Positions 28,001-39,600 are shown, counted from the first letter of the stretch. The stretch: DNA of 64,000 nucleotides from Callorhinchus milii (GCF_018977255.1 NW_024704772.1:558001-622000), one strand, 5' to 3'. Translations and numbers: made by a program. Notes: generated from the sequence alone by a model not told the origin.

Positions 28001-31000
28001 GGTGCTATATCAAATGTAATGATTATTATTATACTTCACCAAAAGCATCTGGAGACGAGAATTTATTTTTATAACAGGAAACCTTAAAGAGCTAAAGTGC
28101 ATTTACCCTCAGGACATTAACAGTTTACCATTGTCACATCCTGAACCTATGCACTATGATAAATTAATATAATGGAGTTCACAACAGTTTTAAACATGAC
28201 TAATTCTAACCTCAATACTAAAAAGTTCCAGTAATACGGATGTGAAATTTTCTTTAATGCCTTTGCTTCTAGTTTCGGCAGAGGGAACAGAGTGAAAAGA
28301 CTGAAAGGAGGATCATCCTTTGATGGTTAACCTTAGAACAACCTTGTCACAATACATCAAACCTGGAAGAGACAGAACACTTCACAGCAATTTCTCTGGG
28401 AACAGTAATAAAGCACAGAGACAAGCAATTTTGTGTAAGTTGCTCAAGCACTTTGCTAACGTACCTTCAACTCTGCCTTCTCTGACACGAGTTCTTCAGT
28501 TCTCCAGTTCACATGGTCCTTCTCTGCTGCCAGCTTTCCATTCTACATTAGATAGTATACTTTCACTATTGGGTGATATCTAATGGTACATTCTGTAGGA
28601 TATTGCTGTGTTCCATTTTTAAATCTCTCTACCACCCCCCACCCATCCACTCCCAAAGGAAACTAGTTTAGATTAAGGAATGCATTTTAAAAAAAACTCA
28701 CTCCAAGGGAGTGATAAATCATAACATAACATGTAGGAGCAGGAGTAGGCCATTCAGCCCTTCGAGACTGCCCCGCCATTCAATCATGGCTGATCTTCTA
28801 ATCTAATTCCAGCTAATAACATAACCCTGCCTTATCCCCATATCCCTTAATCCCTTTTACAATCACCTCTTCCTGAAGCTCGTGAATCCCCATGGCCAGG
28901 TTCTGATGCTCCTTTTCCTTTTAAGAAAACACAATAAAACTTTAGGATGTCAAAAATATGTTTTTCTATTAGATTTCTTTAAGTTGTAATATTATGAGGT
29001 GAAAGGGGAGGAATTGGAGGCTAAAAAAACAAAACTGCTTATTGTCCTTCAATCTCCCTAACTATCTCAATGTATTCCTTTGAAACACAAAATAGATTAA
29101 CAACATTAAGTTTGGACCAGAAGGTCCAGAATGTAAAGAGTGAATGAACTCTACAACTTTGGTTTGAAGGCCTTTCTGTGAGTAGTTGACAGAATGGATG
29201 GGCCAGTTTTCGATCTCTGTGCTGTTCATCTCATGAAGCAAAATTACAACCGATGGAATAGTCTCGGAAAGCCCAAGGACTCAATAGCTCCTGACAGGAC
29301 TACAGCAGTGTTAAATCAGAATGTTGAGTCAGTGTTCGCATAAACGATTAACCTTACACCTAATTGTTTTCTTATGGACGTACCAATTGGCGGTTTTGTG
29401 CCTGCAAATTATAATTTTGATCTTCGAGATTCTTCACGATAGTCTTTAGATCTTCCAGTTCATCCTCCAGTAATTTAGCATGTAGCAAAGCCTGCTGAGA
29501 GCTGCAGAGAGTAACAGGCATCAGTGTTTCACAAAGATCATCTCAGGAAAAGTGTCACCTTCCTACTGCTGTTCCTATTAAGATCAGCTAAATCAACATA
29601 ACCCAGGGATCAACATTTGTCAAACCTTTATACAACAAAAAGATTACATTTGTAAAGCGCTTTTCACGTCGAGAGGACGTCCCAAGGTGCTGAAATAGCA
29701 TGTTTCACCCACAAAATAGAGTCAATTCAAGCGCTTTGAGACGTCTCAAAGACGTGATTAGACGCTATGTGTTCTTATATCAAATGCAAGGATTATTATT
29801 ATTACGGGGCAGCTTGTCAACTGAGGCATTACAGCACTGAACCATGAGACTGTCAGACATTTTAACAATCTGGTAATTGTATGAATCCTAAAACAATAGG
29901 AATCGGCAATGAGAGAAACCTCTCGAGGCACCCAGAATTGCTACAATCACAGACTTTTATCTGAACACCCTGGATATAGACCAAGGAACCTTTCCGTCCT
30001 GCAAGGATCAAAACCTTTTATAGCAATTCTCTTTCATGTTACCTTTTGAGTTTGCTTTTCAAGTCAAAGATTTCCTCAGTTAGCCGTGTATTCGCTTCCT
30101 CAAACCCCTCAACCGTTCTTTGTAGTTTTGCACTCTGATCCAGCAGCTTTCTGTTAGTATACTCTAGGCACTCAATATTATTGATCAGTTCTGTGATCTC
30201 TCTTGAGGTGGTGGGGCAGAAGAGAAAGAAAAATTAAGAGAAACAATCACAGGTTTCTCGGGCAAGATTACAAATGCTCAGACAGAACGATTACCTTATA
30301 CACTCACAAAAAGCATATACCAACAGTCATTTAGGAATAAATTGCCTCCCAAAAATATATTCCTGCCAAGTACCGTAGAAAGTGAAACATTGGTGTTATT
30401 AAATAGATTTACTGCTTAGTGTGGTCTAATCTTTCAACCACTGTCACTCTTATATTGCCAAACCTACTGGCCTCAGTCTTAATTCAACCCTTGAAATAGC
30501 TAAAAGATACTTACAGGTTGCCCCTGTTTATGTCGCCTCCATATCCCTCCAGCTGCCCTGGAGTTGTGACAGATCTCTTATCTATCAAAACAACATGTTT
30601 TGTTAAGAAAAGCCAATGAACCGCGAACATAATATGAAAGAAAATTAGGAACAAACTTTGAATACTATTACATGATAGTGAAGACTCCACTGTCTCAGGG
30701 TCCCAGAGATTACTTGGTGGGGTAAATTTTGCTCATTTTCTTGTTTTCCATTGTAAACAGAGTTTCAAGATTACTCTCAGCTCTATTAGTTTTGCTTTCT
30801 AATAATTTTTTAATTCAATTTTAAATTCACCAATGCACACAGGTAATTTTTTCCTGTTCTGGACAGAATATCAAGGTTATTCCCCAGAGGAAACCAACCC
30901 ATGAACAGAAAATATGAGCCATAGTTACACTCCCAATGTCCACCCAATAGACTGACATGTGTACCAACCTGATTGCAAAATGCAAATGTTTTCTATGCAC

Positions 31001-32622
31001 ACGAAATCTTCGTTCTGCTCACTTGAAAGTCTGTATTTTAAAAAAAGTCATTAGTCCCCTGCAACATTTGAAACAGAGCAGGATTGCTATTTTCACTTTA
31101 GTGCATCCCCCATGTTTGCTTGTTTTTCTCCTCCTCACAGACTGAACTGGAGTTCTTATCACAAAGGGGAAGGTTTCCAGCCATATTTAATTCCTGTTAT
31201 CCCTTTCAACTCAGATGGATTAGTTGCATTGGCAGTTTTCAGTACCAGTGCAAATAAGTGGATTAATTAAACTTTTAAACACTGTTTTAATAATCATATA
31301 TATTGCTACTTCACAATGTCCTGCAAACAGACCGTTTAATTACGAGGTTTTTTACCCCTCCTGTCTGCAATCAGCTATCCATGTCTTCATTATGGTGTGG
31401 AAGGTTTCCAGATCCACAGCAATGCCTCTTTCTCCAGGATCCAGCATGTTGTGCAATAACTTCAGTTGTCCCTTCTCACAGCTTTGACTTGTTACATCTT
31501 CCAAATATTCAATAATTCGAGATACGGATACTTTTCCTACACAGAGGAACTCAATTAAGGGCTAAAAAGGGCGCTTTTCAATTACAAATGATATTCTGAA
31601 TAACAATTTACTTAGTGTATTCATATTGGCTAGCAACATATTCAACAGATGTTGGTTTATCTGAGTTAGGCCATTAACTAGTAAACAAACCTTGTAGAGG
31701 AGCAGCTTTCCCATACACTCAATACAGTAGAACAATGCACTATCCCCTATACCCGTGATGACCAACATGTAGTGCAGGAGCCACAAGGCCATCAAGAGGC
31801 CCCCTGAACACTGGTTTGAGTTGAGGTAGGTCCATGTTCGATCTGTAGTGTGCTTTCATTTTTTTCTTGATTGAATATTTCTTGATTTATGGCATATACA
31901 CTGCTCTATACAGTAACACAATGTAAGATGTTACCTTTGCCTTCTGTATCACAGGCTTCAAATGTGCAATTCAACACATCCTCCTCCGTACAGCTACTTA
32001 TCTCACTGGAGTTCTCAACTGTGTCTTTTGTTAAAACCGTAGACATCAATTCTGAAATGACATGGAAAATATCTTCAATTACAGCCACACTTAAGCACAC
32101 ATTGCCAAGTGTTCACCAAAGTTATCCACTACATAAAGTAGCATCCCTGAGCTCCGTAACTATCTCGTCCAATTAAAAGTTGGTGTTCTGTTGGTGATAT
32201 AAACATATTGTGTGTCACAAATACTGCCGCGTTTACCTACAAATACCCAGTCATTATACTTCATTGTAAAGAGCTTTGAAACGTCCTCCCAAAATGGAAG
32301 GCGCTATACCAAATGCAAAGATTATAATTATTAAATCATTATACTTCACATCTCTCCTTCACAACGTATAAAAATAACCATTTGCTTGGGAAAGCGTACC
32401 ATGTGGTGCAATAGATGGGAATGATGAAATCCTCTTTTCTGGCACATAAAGTAAGGTTGAGCACCGTTCCTTGTTATGCATCACGCTATCCACACTGTAG
32501 CGCCATTTCGCATGTAATCCATTCGACTCACATGCCAACCTGGCCTGGAAAAAGCTCTCTACGGAGTAACTCTTTGTAAGATGACACAGAATTGTATCGT
32601 TCCTCCCATTTCCCGAATCCAT
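18818..32622 (-). CDS. KASH5: KASH5/CCDC155-like outer nuclear membrane protein (EF-hand region, coiled coil, TM, KASH), more than 20 exons
   Basis: Exon chain matches recalled KASH5 motifs (EEDVLNCTFEACD; LDPGERGIAVDLETFHTIMKTWIADC; LEGYGGD; SQQALLHAKLLEDELEDLK; NGKLAAEKD; SLQLEIE; LPTPLCG) and ends TM + RLRHGAPPPV*. No MRVI1/IRAG domain seen. Next to DKKL1-like and TEAD as in human. Some middle exons are unresolved. Confidence 0.88.
19932..19990 (-). CDS. KASH5: KASH5-like penultimate exon (acceptor uncertain)
   Basis: Strong donor GAG|gtaagt at 19932 in phase 2, matching the last exon; CGGGNLCKWADNCEGVERM. Confidence 0.45.
20468..20538 (-). CDS. KASH5: KASH5-like middle exon (putative)
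   Basis: gtttttcag acceptor, AAG|gtgaga donor; open frame RALVPYYEKSSISHFEGTGDNIK. Confidence 0.5.
20941..21097 (-). CDS. KASH5: KASH5-like middle exon (putative; alternative donor at 20868)
   Basis: ttatag|ENFAVKRNTMMEYISNTKYIHEREFEELESILIIIQHCNKWMNEIPPNCGNA|gtaact; phases fit both neighbours. Confidence 0.5.
21163..21433 (-). mobile_element. SINE (internally deleted subfamily with L2-type tail)
   Basis: Nearly identical to the copies at 32810 and 35102. Confidence 0.9.
21633..21770 (-). mobile_element. CR1-type LINE 3' fragment
   Basis: acataggaacaggagtaggctattcagc... motif, repeated at about 28727-28860 and 55865-56160. Confidence 0.7.
21994..22055 (-). CDS. KASH5: KASH5-like middle exon (putative)
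   Basis: tttcctattgatcag acceptor, |gtaagt donor; SLERLYKELVSEEDMYWGYS. Confidence 0.55.
22422..22689 (-). CDS. KASH5: KASH5-like middle exon (putative)
   Basis: Open frame TTEWEWLSQAWSVSMCYLCC...LCQQQ; phase 0 in and phase 1 out fit the neighbours; weak acceptor. Confidence 0.4.
22772..23108 (-). CDS. KASH5: KASH5-like middle exon
   Basis: ctttcag|A NGLEEVLGQVEHP...AEQATQTELQ|gtaata; 337 nt open. Confidence 0.65.
23577..23740 (-). CDS. KASH5: KASH5-like middle exon
   Basis: VLQKEFEEEIKIFLQKISCLFHTKIIWDMYKSKLAAELRAIAQDCHHTERHPHF; AG/GT flanks; phase 2 out fits the next exon. Confidence 0.6.
24484..24583 (-). CDS. KASH5: KASH5-like middle exon (donor uncertain)
   Basis: gattccag|ARKFKQEMEALMIRIKQFADVSSAREMTRTPE. 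Confidence 0.55.
24865..25011 (-). CDS. KASH5: KASH5-like exon
   Basis: cttggcag|KTSLAVDNLPTPLCGMMPLSDSAQQIEDLLGHMCSQLNWMDFQTITQEL|gtaagt. Confidence 0.75.
25050..25427 (-). mobile_element. tRNA-derived SINE interrupted by a short L2-type tail fragment
   Basis: Head and tail present; insert at about 25130-25183. Confidence 0.85.
25573..25672 (-). CDS. KASH5: KASH5-like exon
   Basis: tttctggcag|A GCGPQRVESENSSVPIRAPQQHSLQLEIEQVQQ|gtagga. Confidence 0.8.
26552..26616 (-). CDS. KASH5: KASH5-like coiled-coil exon
   Basis: Long pyrimidine tract then ag|GLKEEISRLQCHPPLLCEDVS|gtaagt. Confidence 0.8.
27223..27282 (-). CDS. KASH5: KASH5-like coiled-coil exon
   Basis: gttgcag|KTSQAEELKLTVDEYCNIIK|gtaaaa. 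Confidence 0.85.
27751..27807 (-). CDS. KASH5: KASH5-like coiled-coil exon
   Basis: ttttatag|NQMYEIKRLVSTKDVLLTE|gtatgt. Confidence 0.85.
28465..28542 (-). CDS. KASH5: KASH5-like coiled-coil exon
   Basis: atgtag|NGKLAAEKDHVNWRTEELVSEKAELK|gtacgt. Confidence 0.88.
28867..28917 (-). CDS. KASH5: KASH5-like coiled-coil exon
   Basis: cttaaaag|EKEHQNLAMGIHELQEE|gtgatt. Confidence 0.85.
29384..29501 (-). CDS. KASH5: KASH5-like coiled-coil exon
   Basis: ctctgcag|C SQQALLHAKLLEDELEDLKTIVKNLEDQNYNLQAQNRQL|gtacgt. Confidence 0.92.
30043..30201 (-). CDS. KASH5: KASH5-like coiled-coil exon
   Basis: cctcaag|A EITELINNIECLEYTNRKLLDQSAKLQRTVEGFEEANTRLTEEIFDLKSKLK|gtaaca. Confidence 0.92.
30515..30581 (-). 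CDS. KASH5: KASH5-like exon
   Basis: ttttgatag|KRSVTTPGQLEGYGGDINRGN|gtaagt; a further small phase-2 to phase-1 exon must lie between 30582 and 31355. Confidence 0.85.
31356..31536 (-). CDS. KASH5: KASH5-like EF-hand region exon
   Basis: gtgtag|KVSVSRIIEYLEDVTSQSCEKGQLKLLHNMLDPGERGIAVDLETFHTIMKTWIADCRQE|gtaaaa. Confidence 0.93.
31935..32051 (-). CDS. KASH5: KASH5-like EF-hand region exon
   Basis: atttcag|LMSTVLTKDTVENSSEISSCTEEDVLNCTFEACDTEGK|gtaaca. Confidence 0.9.
32400..32622 (-). CDS. KASH5: Putative first coding exon of the KASH5-like gene
   Basis: ATG at 32622, 74 open codons, CATG|gtacgc donor in phase 1 matching the next exon; ETS motif CCGGAAGT at 32669-32676 just upstream. Confidence 0.55.
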
Positions 32623-32809
32623 CACCGAGCCAAGACGTTAACGTCCAGCTCAACGTCGTTGGTGCTTGCCGGAAGTCATCCACTCAACTCGCTCCGGTGT
32701 GAGAGGCAGCTGTATGCAAAACCGATTTGCAATAAACTAAAATGCAAATGAACAAAGGGAACACGGGGTGAGACGCTTAAAAGCCGACTACCACCAACGT
32801 CCTTTCCTA

Positions 32810-33119
32810 CAGTGGTTAGAGCACTCGCTTTGCAAGTGAGAGACCTGAGTTCAATTCCAGGCAGAGGGCGAAACCTTGGGCAAGTTTCCTTACTCCACAC
32901 AGAGCCTAATAATAATCCCTCCAAAACCAAAAACAATAATAAATTGGTCATTTTCAATCTAGGACTGTTTGTGGGATATTGCTGTGCGCAATTGGCTGCC
33001 GCATTCGCCCACAAATATACAGTCAATTCACTTTACAGTGTGTTCTGTGAAGCGCTTTGGGACGTCCTCCCGACGTGAAAAGCGCTATATCAAATGCAAG
33101 GATTATTATTATTATTATT
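32810..33119 (+). mobile_element. SINE (young subfamily)
   Basis: A/B-box head, deleted body, (TTA)n tail. Confidence 0.92.
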
Positions 33120-33677
33120 GTTCTGCGGCTGATTTCGAGACTGCGAGTGGCTGCTTGCCCGTTAAACGCGTGCTGCCGGGAACAAACACTCGCTCGCGCA
33201 CGACAGTGTAATAAGCGCACGGCCATCGTATACACGATGTGCAGTATTCCTGGCCCTTTTTTTTTTTGCGCATTTTTTCCTTCTTCCTGAGGCCTAACTC
33301 CGCAATAGGTTCCAAACTGACACCGGAATCGTGAGTCGCCCAGGAAAAAGCGCAAAGGTGGGTTAGATGGTCCCCCCCTCCACCACCACCACCACCACCA
33401 CCCAGCCCCATCGCCACCCGCCCCAACTGTGCGCTCCAACTGCACACGTCCACCCCAAATGTGGCGAATGCAACACGCGCACCCCAAGGGCGCACACACA
33501 CACACACGCTACCCACACGGATCACCCCCACCCACAAAAAAGAACGCTCAATGGCTTTACCCTTTAAACCGTCCCATTATGTTTTTAAACAAAACGTAGA
33601 AACCCCCCCCACCCTCACACCCAACATAAGCACCACCTGGACACACACACACACATATATATATAACTGCCCATCTA

Positions 33678-33809
33678 NNNNNNNNNNNNNNNNNNNNNNN
33701 NNNNNNNNNNNNNNNNNNNNNNNNNNNNNNNNNNNNNNNNNNNNNNNNNNNNNNNNNNNNNNNNNNNNNNNNNNNNNNNNNNNNNNNNNNNNNNNNNNNN
33801 NNNNNNNNN
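33678..33809. other. Assembly gap (N run)
   Basis: N bases. Confidence 1.
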
Positions 33810-33829
33810 CCCAACACACACGCCCTCAA

Positions 33830-34700
33830 ACCCTGGTGGTTCCCTCCTCACCGCAGCCCCCGCGCCTCCCGCCCCCGCAGACCGCCACCTCCATCCCCCG
33901 CCTCAGACGTCGACCGACGGGGCCCGTGGGGAGGGGGGGGGGGGGGGGGAGAGGCCCGAATGCGCGCGACTCTCGGTATCTACAACAACAACAATAATAA
34001 TAATAATAGAAACTCCGCTATTGACGAGAAAAAAAAAGCGCCGCCTCGTCACCCACCTCACCGCCGCCTCAGGGCCACGCGAACGACGACGACCACCGCC
34101 GCGCCTCAAGGGCGTCAGTGCCGGCGGCTGGCGGGCGGGCGGCCGGAGCAGGAAAATGGCGCCAACCGGAAACGGGCGGGCGGGTGGGTGGGCGGTGCGT
34201 TGAGTGACGGCAGCGCCGACCAATGGGAGCTGAGAGCCGAGCCCGCGTGGCGTGGTTTAGACCAATAGGAAGAGAGATCGGTGGGAGGCGCAGGCGCAGC
34301 CCCACCCCCGCCCCCTCCCTCGCGCCCACCGGATGAGGCCGGAACAGGAAAATGGCGCCAACCGGAAACGGGTGGGTGGGTGGGTGGGAGGTGCATTGAG
34401 TGACGGCAGCGCCGACCAATGGGAGCTGAGGGCCGAGCCCGCGTGGCCTGGTTTAGACCAATAGGAGGAGAGGTCGGTGGGAGGCGCAGCCCCGTCTCCT
34501 CCCTCACGCCCACCGGAGGAGGCCGCCAAGTCGTCAAAAGTGGTGGCTTTTCCGCTTGAGGTAAGTGTACCGTCGCTTCTTCGCCCGCGGTGTAAAGTCC
34601 GGCTCCGTGACTGGCGGCGGGTGGAGGGGGACGAACACCGCCACACGTCGTAACGTTTATTTATACAACGCTTTGCGGGTCCAGAGGACGACCCCTCCCC
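33830..34700. promoter_or_regulatory. CpG-island promoter with a tandemly duplicated YY1/ETS/double-CCAAT module
   Basis: Very GC/CpG-rich. The unit at 34141-34336 repeats at 34337-34525. Each has AAAATGGCG, CCGGAA and two CCAAT boxes (34220/34262 and 34416/34458). A + strand donor GAG|GTAAGT lies at 34560/34561. Confidence 0.8.
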
Positions 34701-35101
34701 CCCCCCCCCACACACACACACCCTCTCCCAACCCTTGGTGGTGGGGGGGGGCGGTGAAGGGGATGTGGGGGGAGAGATTACTATAATAATCCTTGCATTT
34801 GATATAGCGCCTTATCGCGTCGTTGAGGCGCCTCAGAGCGCTTCACGGAACAATACTGCGAGGTGTTAGTGACTGTAATTTGCGGGGGGGGGGGAAACAT
34901 GGCGGCCAATTGCCGCCAGGAGTTGGGGGGGTAAAGCGATCCGCCCGCCGAGCGACTTAACAACCGGGTTCCCGCTCACCGGTTGGTAAGCGGTAAGTGT
35001 GTGGAGTAAGGAAACTCGCCTCAGGATGAACACGGCTTTGACGGTGATGATAATAATTATTATTAATAATAACGAGTCTCGCCTTTCGCGAGATTACTAT
35101 T

Positions 35102-35428
35102 GGGAGTCCTGTGGCTCAGTGGTTAGAGCACTCGCTTTGCGAGTGAGAGACCTGAATTCAATCCCAGGCAGAGGGCCAAACCTCGGGCAAGTTTCCTTAC
35201 TCCACACAGAGCCTAATAATATTCCCTCCAAAACCAAAAACAATAATAAATTGGTCATTTTCAATCCACGACTGTTTGTGGGACATTGCTGTGCGCAATT
35301 GGCTGCCGCGTTCGCCCACAAATATACAGTCAATTCACTTTACAGTGTGTTCTGTGAAGCGCTTTGGGACGTCCTCCCGACGTGAAAAGCGCTATATCAA
35401 ATGCGAGGATTATTATTATTATTATTAT
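35102..35428 (+). mobile_element. SINE (young subfamily), full head
   Basis: gggagtcctgtggctcagtggttagagcactcgctttgcgagtgagagacc... to (TTA)n. Confidence 0.92.
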
Positions 35429-36269
35429 TCGCGACGTCGGGGAGGGCTTCCCCCCGAAGCGGTTTGCAGGATTTATTTGCGCGGTGCAGCGACCGACCGG
35501 GCTTGACCGCTGCGCGTTTGCGGGCGAGTTCCATGGCCCGCAATGTGGCGGAGGACCGTTTGAGGCGATGCGGCGGCGGCGGCGGATCGGCGGAGCTCCC
35601 GCGACGATCGGGTCGAAGCACTGAAATTTAGCTCATCTCGGCCGGGGCGGCATTTAAAATAAAATCGAGCCCCTCGCGCACGTTGGTCAAGCTGTGCATT
35701 TAATTAACGGGTTTGGTAGCCGCGACTCACGTTAAGAATAAATTCCACCCGTGATGCCTTTTTTTTTCTTGTTTCTCTGTCGATTGTCGCGATTACTGAC
35801 GTGAGGCAAACTTAGTAATAAATATCTAAAACTTTTGTACGTAGACCGTTGGATTGATTGCCTTCTTGAAAACGAACGAGTTCAACAAGTGCCTCTGAAT
35901 TATTCATTTGCCCACTGGGGGAAAATCACCTTAAATTTGAAATACTCCTTACTTAAAAGTTACTTAAAAGTGAGGCAGAATTTCACATTGAAAGCATCCC
36001 CCCCCCACACCCCATCTCCGAATCCCCTGAAAGGTTTCTCCCCCTAAATATGTTCCAAATCTAGCACGATGCTATCAAGTGATGCTCAGCTTAAAAAAAA
36101 CACCTCAGAAACAAAGCTCGTGCAAGCATCTTGTCTCCTGAACAGAAATGCACTAAAGCTTCATGCTCAACAAACTTCAGGACTGAAGTAGTTGTGATGG
36201 TGATGTACGCTAGGGCTGATAGCCGCCTGAAATCATATTTTTATAAGCCTGTTTGAAAAGACAAGTCAT

Positions 36270-36657
36270 TTAGAAATATTCTGGTCTGAAGTGAAGGCCA
36301 ATATCGTCTGCCAGCCGTTTCAGCTCTTTGTACTCAGCTCGACTGAGATCCATCTTCTCTTTCTCATCATTCAGGCCAAGGATGAAGCTTTTCCCTTCGT
36401 CTACAACTCCGCGAATGTCGTCATCTATTCTCGGGTCACGGTCGGCCTCTTGGTTCTCTGCGTACAGGTAAGCCATCTGCGGGATGTTCTCAACAGCTAG
36501 GTCGTGCTCTTCGTCTCTTGGTAGTATATCCGGGTAATAATCTAGGTTGTTAGCTCTGCGGACCACCGACCGCAGGAGCGGTACTCTGTTCTCCTCCATG
36601 GAATCGATGCCAGTGATTATCTCGTCAGAGTACACACATGCAGAATCTAGGTCAAGG
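36270..36657 (-). CDS. DKKL1: DKK3/DKKL1-like last exon (last Cys and acidic tail)
   Basis: ttcccacag|[27 protein letters not shown]...[23 protein letters not shown]. Confidence 0.88.
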
Positions 36658-39600
36658 CTGTGGGAAGAAAAGGAATTTGTGAACTTTAGTAGGTTTTGTT
36701 AACCCGCAAGGGCTTACAGGAGCAAGATCCGAATCAAACCCCAGTGAAGCCAATAAATAATAATAATCCTTGCGTTTCATATAGCGCCTTATCACGTGTT
36801 CAAGACGTCTCAAAGCGTTTCATGAAATATACTGTGAAGTGGATTCACTGTATATTGTGTGGGCGAATAAAGGGCAACAAAGCAAAAAAAATTACTGTTG
36901 GCTTGAGCTGTTGTCAGTATTTATAAGACTGATAGACACAGATGGACAACTGGTCACTAAAATCAGATAGTCTGTCCATATCTGACTGGACCTCAGATCC
37001 CTACACTTTACATACTCTTAAAATGTCTGAAGTCAGGTTGCGTTTTAGCAAAGTATTTATGAATTTTTTTATTGCATGAAATCGTATTTTAATAAATGCG
37101 CTTTCTTCCAATTTACGGTTCTATTTTATCATTTAAATGTGGAATAATCTCTGGGTTTATTAAGAATTTTTCACAATTCTTAATTTTAAAACAAAAAGAA
37201 GTGCTTACAGACTAAGACCAGGTAGAATTTCATCCCTCAGATTCTCTCTCTCCTTACCGTGTGGAGACGCAGGTCAGTTCACCAGCACAGGGACAGAAGT
37301 CCTGAGGGTCATTGAACTTCAGTTCCCAGCCGATCAAACCCAATAGACCACTATCGGGTTGATAACATCTCTCCCCTTCTGTTGCCATTGGAGAGCACAC
37401 AGCAAATGGCAAAGCTTTAAAAATCAACGTAAACACATCAGGGACACATTACTGTACAGTGCATGAATTTCTATATATAACCTAGTGTTATGAAAGAAAC
37501 CATATTGACTTCTTATATTCCTTCAGCCATTACGCCCCGACCTCTGGAATTCCACCTTGCCTCCTCTTTGCCCGTCTTCAAATCGGCAAAAAGAAAGGGG
37601 AAAAATGAACAAGTTTTCACTTACAGATGTGATTGGCACAGCACAGGCCTGAATTGCAGTCACGCTGTCTGGTGCAAATCGTTCCCCTCTCGCCTCTGGA
37701 AAAGCCATCTGTGCACTTTCCCCACACACACAGATATCCTGGGCAGCACTCAGCTTCCCGGGAACACGCCTAACAGAGGGTGGGAACACGAAATAAAGGC
37801 AACAAATATTTAACGGATCACCTCTCTATGTGAGATGCCTCACTTGCCACACAATTAGTGTTCAGGCTGCCAATTGTAGCTAGCATTAGGTAGAAGGCTC
37901 TTTCTCTTGTCAAGTCACTGAAGCCAGGATGAGGCCTGCTATACATTTTGTGAAGGTGCCCCTGAGGCCTGGCCATCAGTTTCTTAAATGGTTTTGGTTG
38001 ATTGATTGAAAAGAATATGGCATTGCCTCACATGGGAAACAAAGCCATTTGTATCTCATACTTACAGCATTGATTAGTTTGCATTGCTGGCATTTTAATG
38101 TAGTCAGGGATGAACAGTATTCATTCTCTCCACAATCCGTGTCCATCAAGCATACCTACAAGAGGATAGCACTACTATTATAAGGCATCACAACTCTATG
38201 GATACCCACAAACACACCATACATACATTTACACACAACAAACTACAGAATATGCACCATACACACACAAATTATCCACACCATACACATCATACACACA
38301 CCTTACACATCACGCTCGCACACACATGGCATACATATGGGAAAACAGACAAAGCGTGTGTCAGTGTCTTCAGGGTAGTTAGGAATATAACTGATAGGGA
38401 GACTTTGGGGGAGAAGAGGTTTACTGTATATGCACAAAAATCCCAATTTCAGAATTATCCGTGTATATGGCATTGCAATGGTATCTGTTGCTGTGTAACA
38501 GGGAGAAAAAGCTGAAAGAAAAACATAAAAATGTTGGAAATGTACAACATGTTGATCATCATATGAAAGGTAAAGAGAGTTTAATTGGTCATTAAGCTAG
38601 AGAAACCCAGATACTATATTTAGGATTGAGAAAGTCAAGTGGGATCTGACCCAAACTTTAGAAAGAGATCAAAACTTCATAGCCTCTACCTACATTCACA
38701 GTACAGCTAAGTGGTGAATGAGGTCCTCATTAGCTAAATAGTTGTGATATCAGTGCAATAGTTGTGATTAAAAACAGCATACTCTGATGTCTGACGTCTC
38801 TGCTATGTGCTCCCAGGGCCATGAAGTAAATAACTAATATTTTTTTACCTGAGGGATGATGGGCAGGACATCAGGAGAAACTTCCTTCTCTTTCAAAGTC
38901 CTTACCTGGGACTTGAACCTACAGCCTTCGACTCAGAAGCAAGAGTGCTACCAACTGAGGCAGGCTACCACCTTGCTTAGAAACGTAAACGGGTCTCTAT
39001 CAGAGTATTCATTCATTTCATATTAGTCTCATTCTAAAACGTGCTTTGAGACATCTTTTACATGAGACGCTGTGTAAATGTAAGTTACTGTTGCCTGCAG
39101 GAGAGGAGGGAAGAAGATCGACGGAACAAATAAAAAAGAAGCAATGCAACAAACGCATAGAGGTGTCAAGGGAAAAACAGAAGAGCATCGATGGGCCCAA
39201 CACTTCCTTTTACTAGTGTTTCTGGTGAGTGTTGTGTTTTATCGCAATAATCCGTCTTATTCTGGTTCCGAATTTACTGTGTTAGTTTACTATTCGGCAC
39301 TGAGTCCTTTCAAACAATGTAAATGTTTCTAGCTATAACTAGTTGTTTTATTTCAGAACCTTCTCACGCTCAGTGTAACAGGCAATTCAGTGTGGCTCAG
39401 TTGGCTAAAATAGATCCAGAGTATGGTGGTCAATTATGAGGGAAGGATAGAATTTTCCTCTTTTAACAAGCTGACCCGAAGGTTTATCAGATGTCCATAT
39501 AGCCATACCTTTGGACTTTACTGTACTCGGAGCTTTTTTGCTAAATATTATTGCTGCATCTTAATGTTCTCTATCTTGTCTCATTTGCTGCTTTATCTTG

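Noticed and set aside
29384-29420. Suspected frameshift in a KASH5 coiled-coil exon
   Set aside because: Re-reading gives an intact DQNYNLQAQNRQL; exon length 118 fits the phases
18818-32622. Calling the gene IRAG2/LRMP because of the neighbouring Ras and the tail sequence
   Set aside because: No MRVI1/IRAG coiled-coil exons were found; the exon chain and the DKK/TEAD neighbours fit KASH5
33023-34786. Cluster of overlapping 100-180 aa ORFs
   Set aside because: By-products of the GC-rich CpG island, the tandem unit and the N-gap
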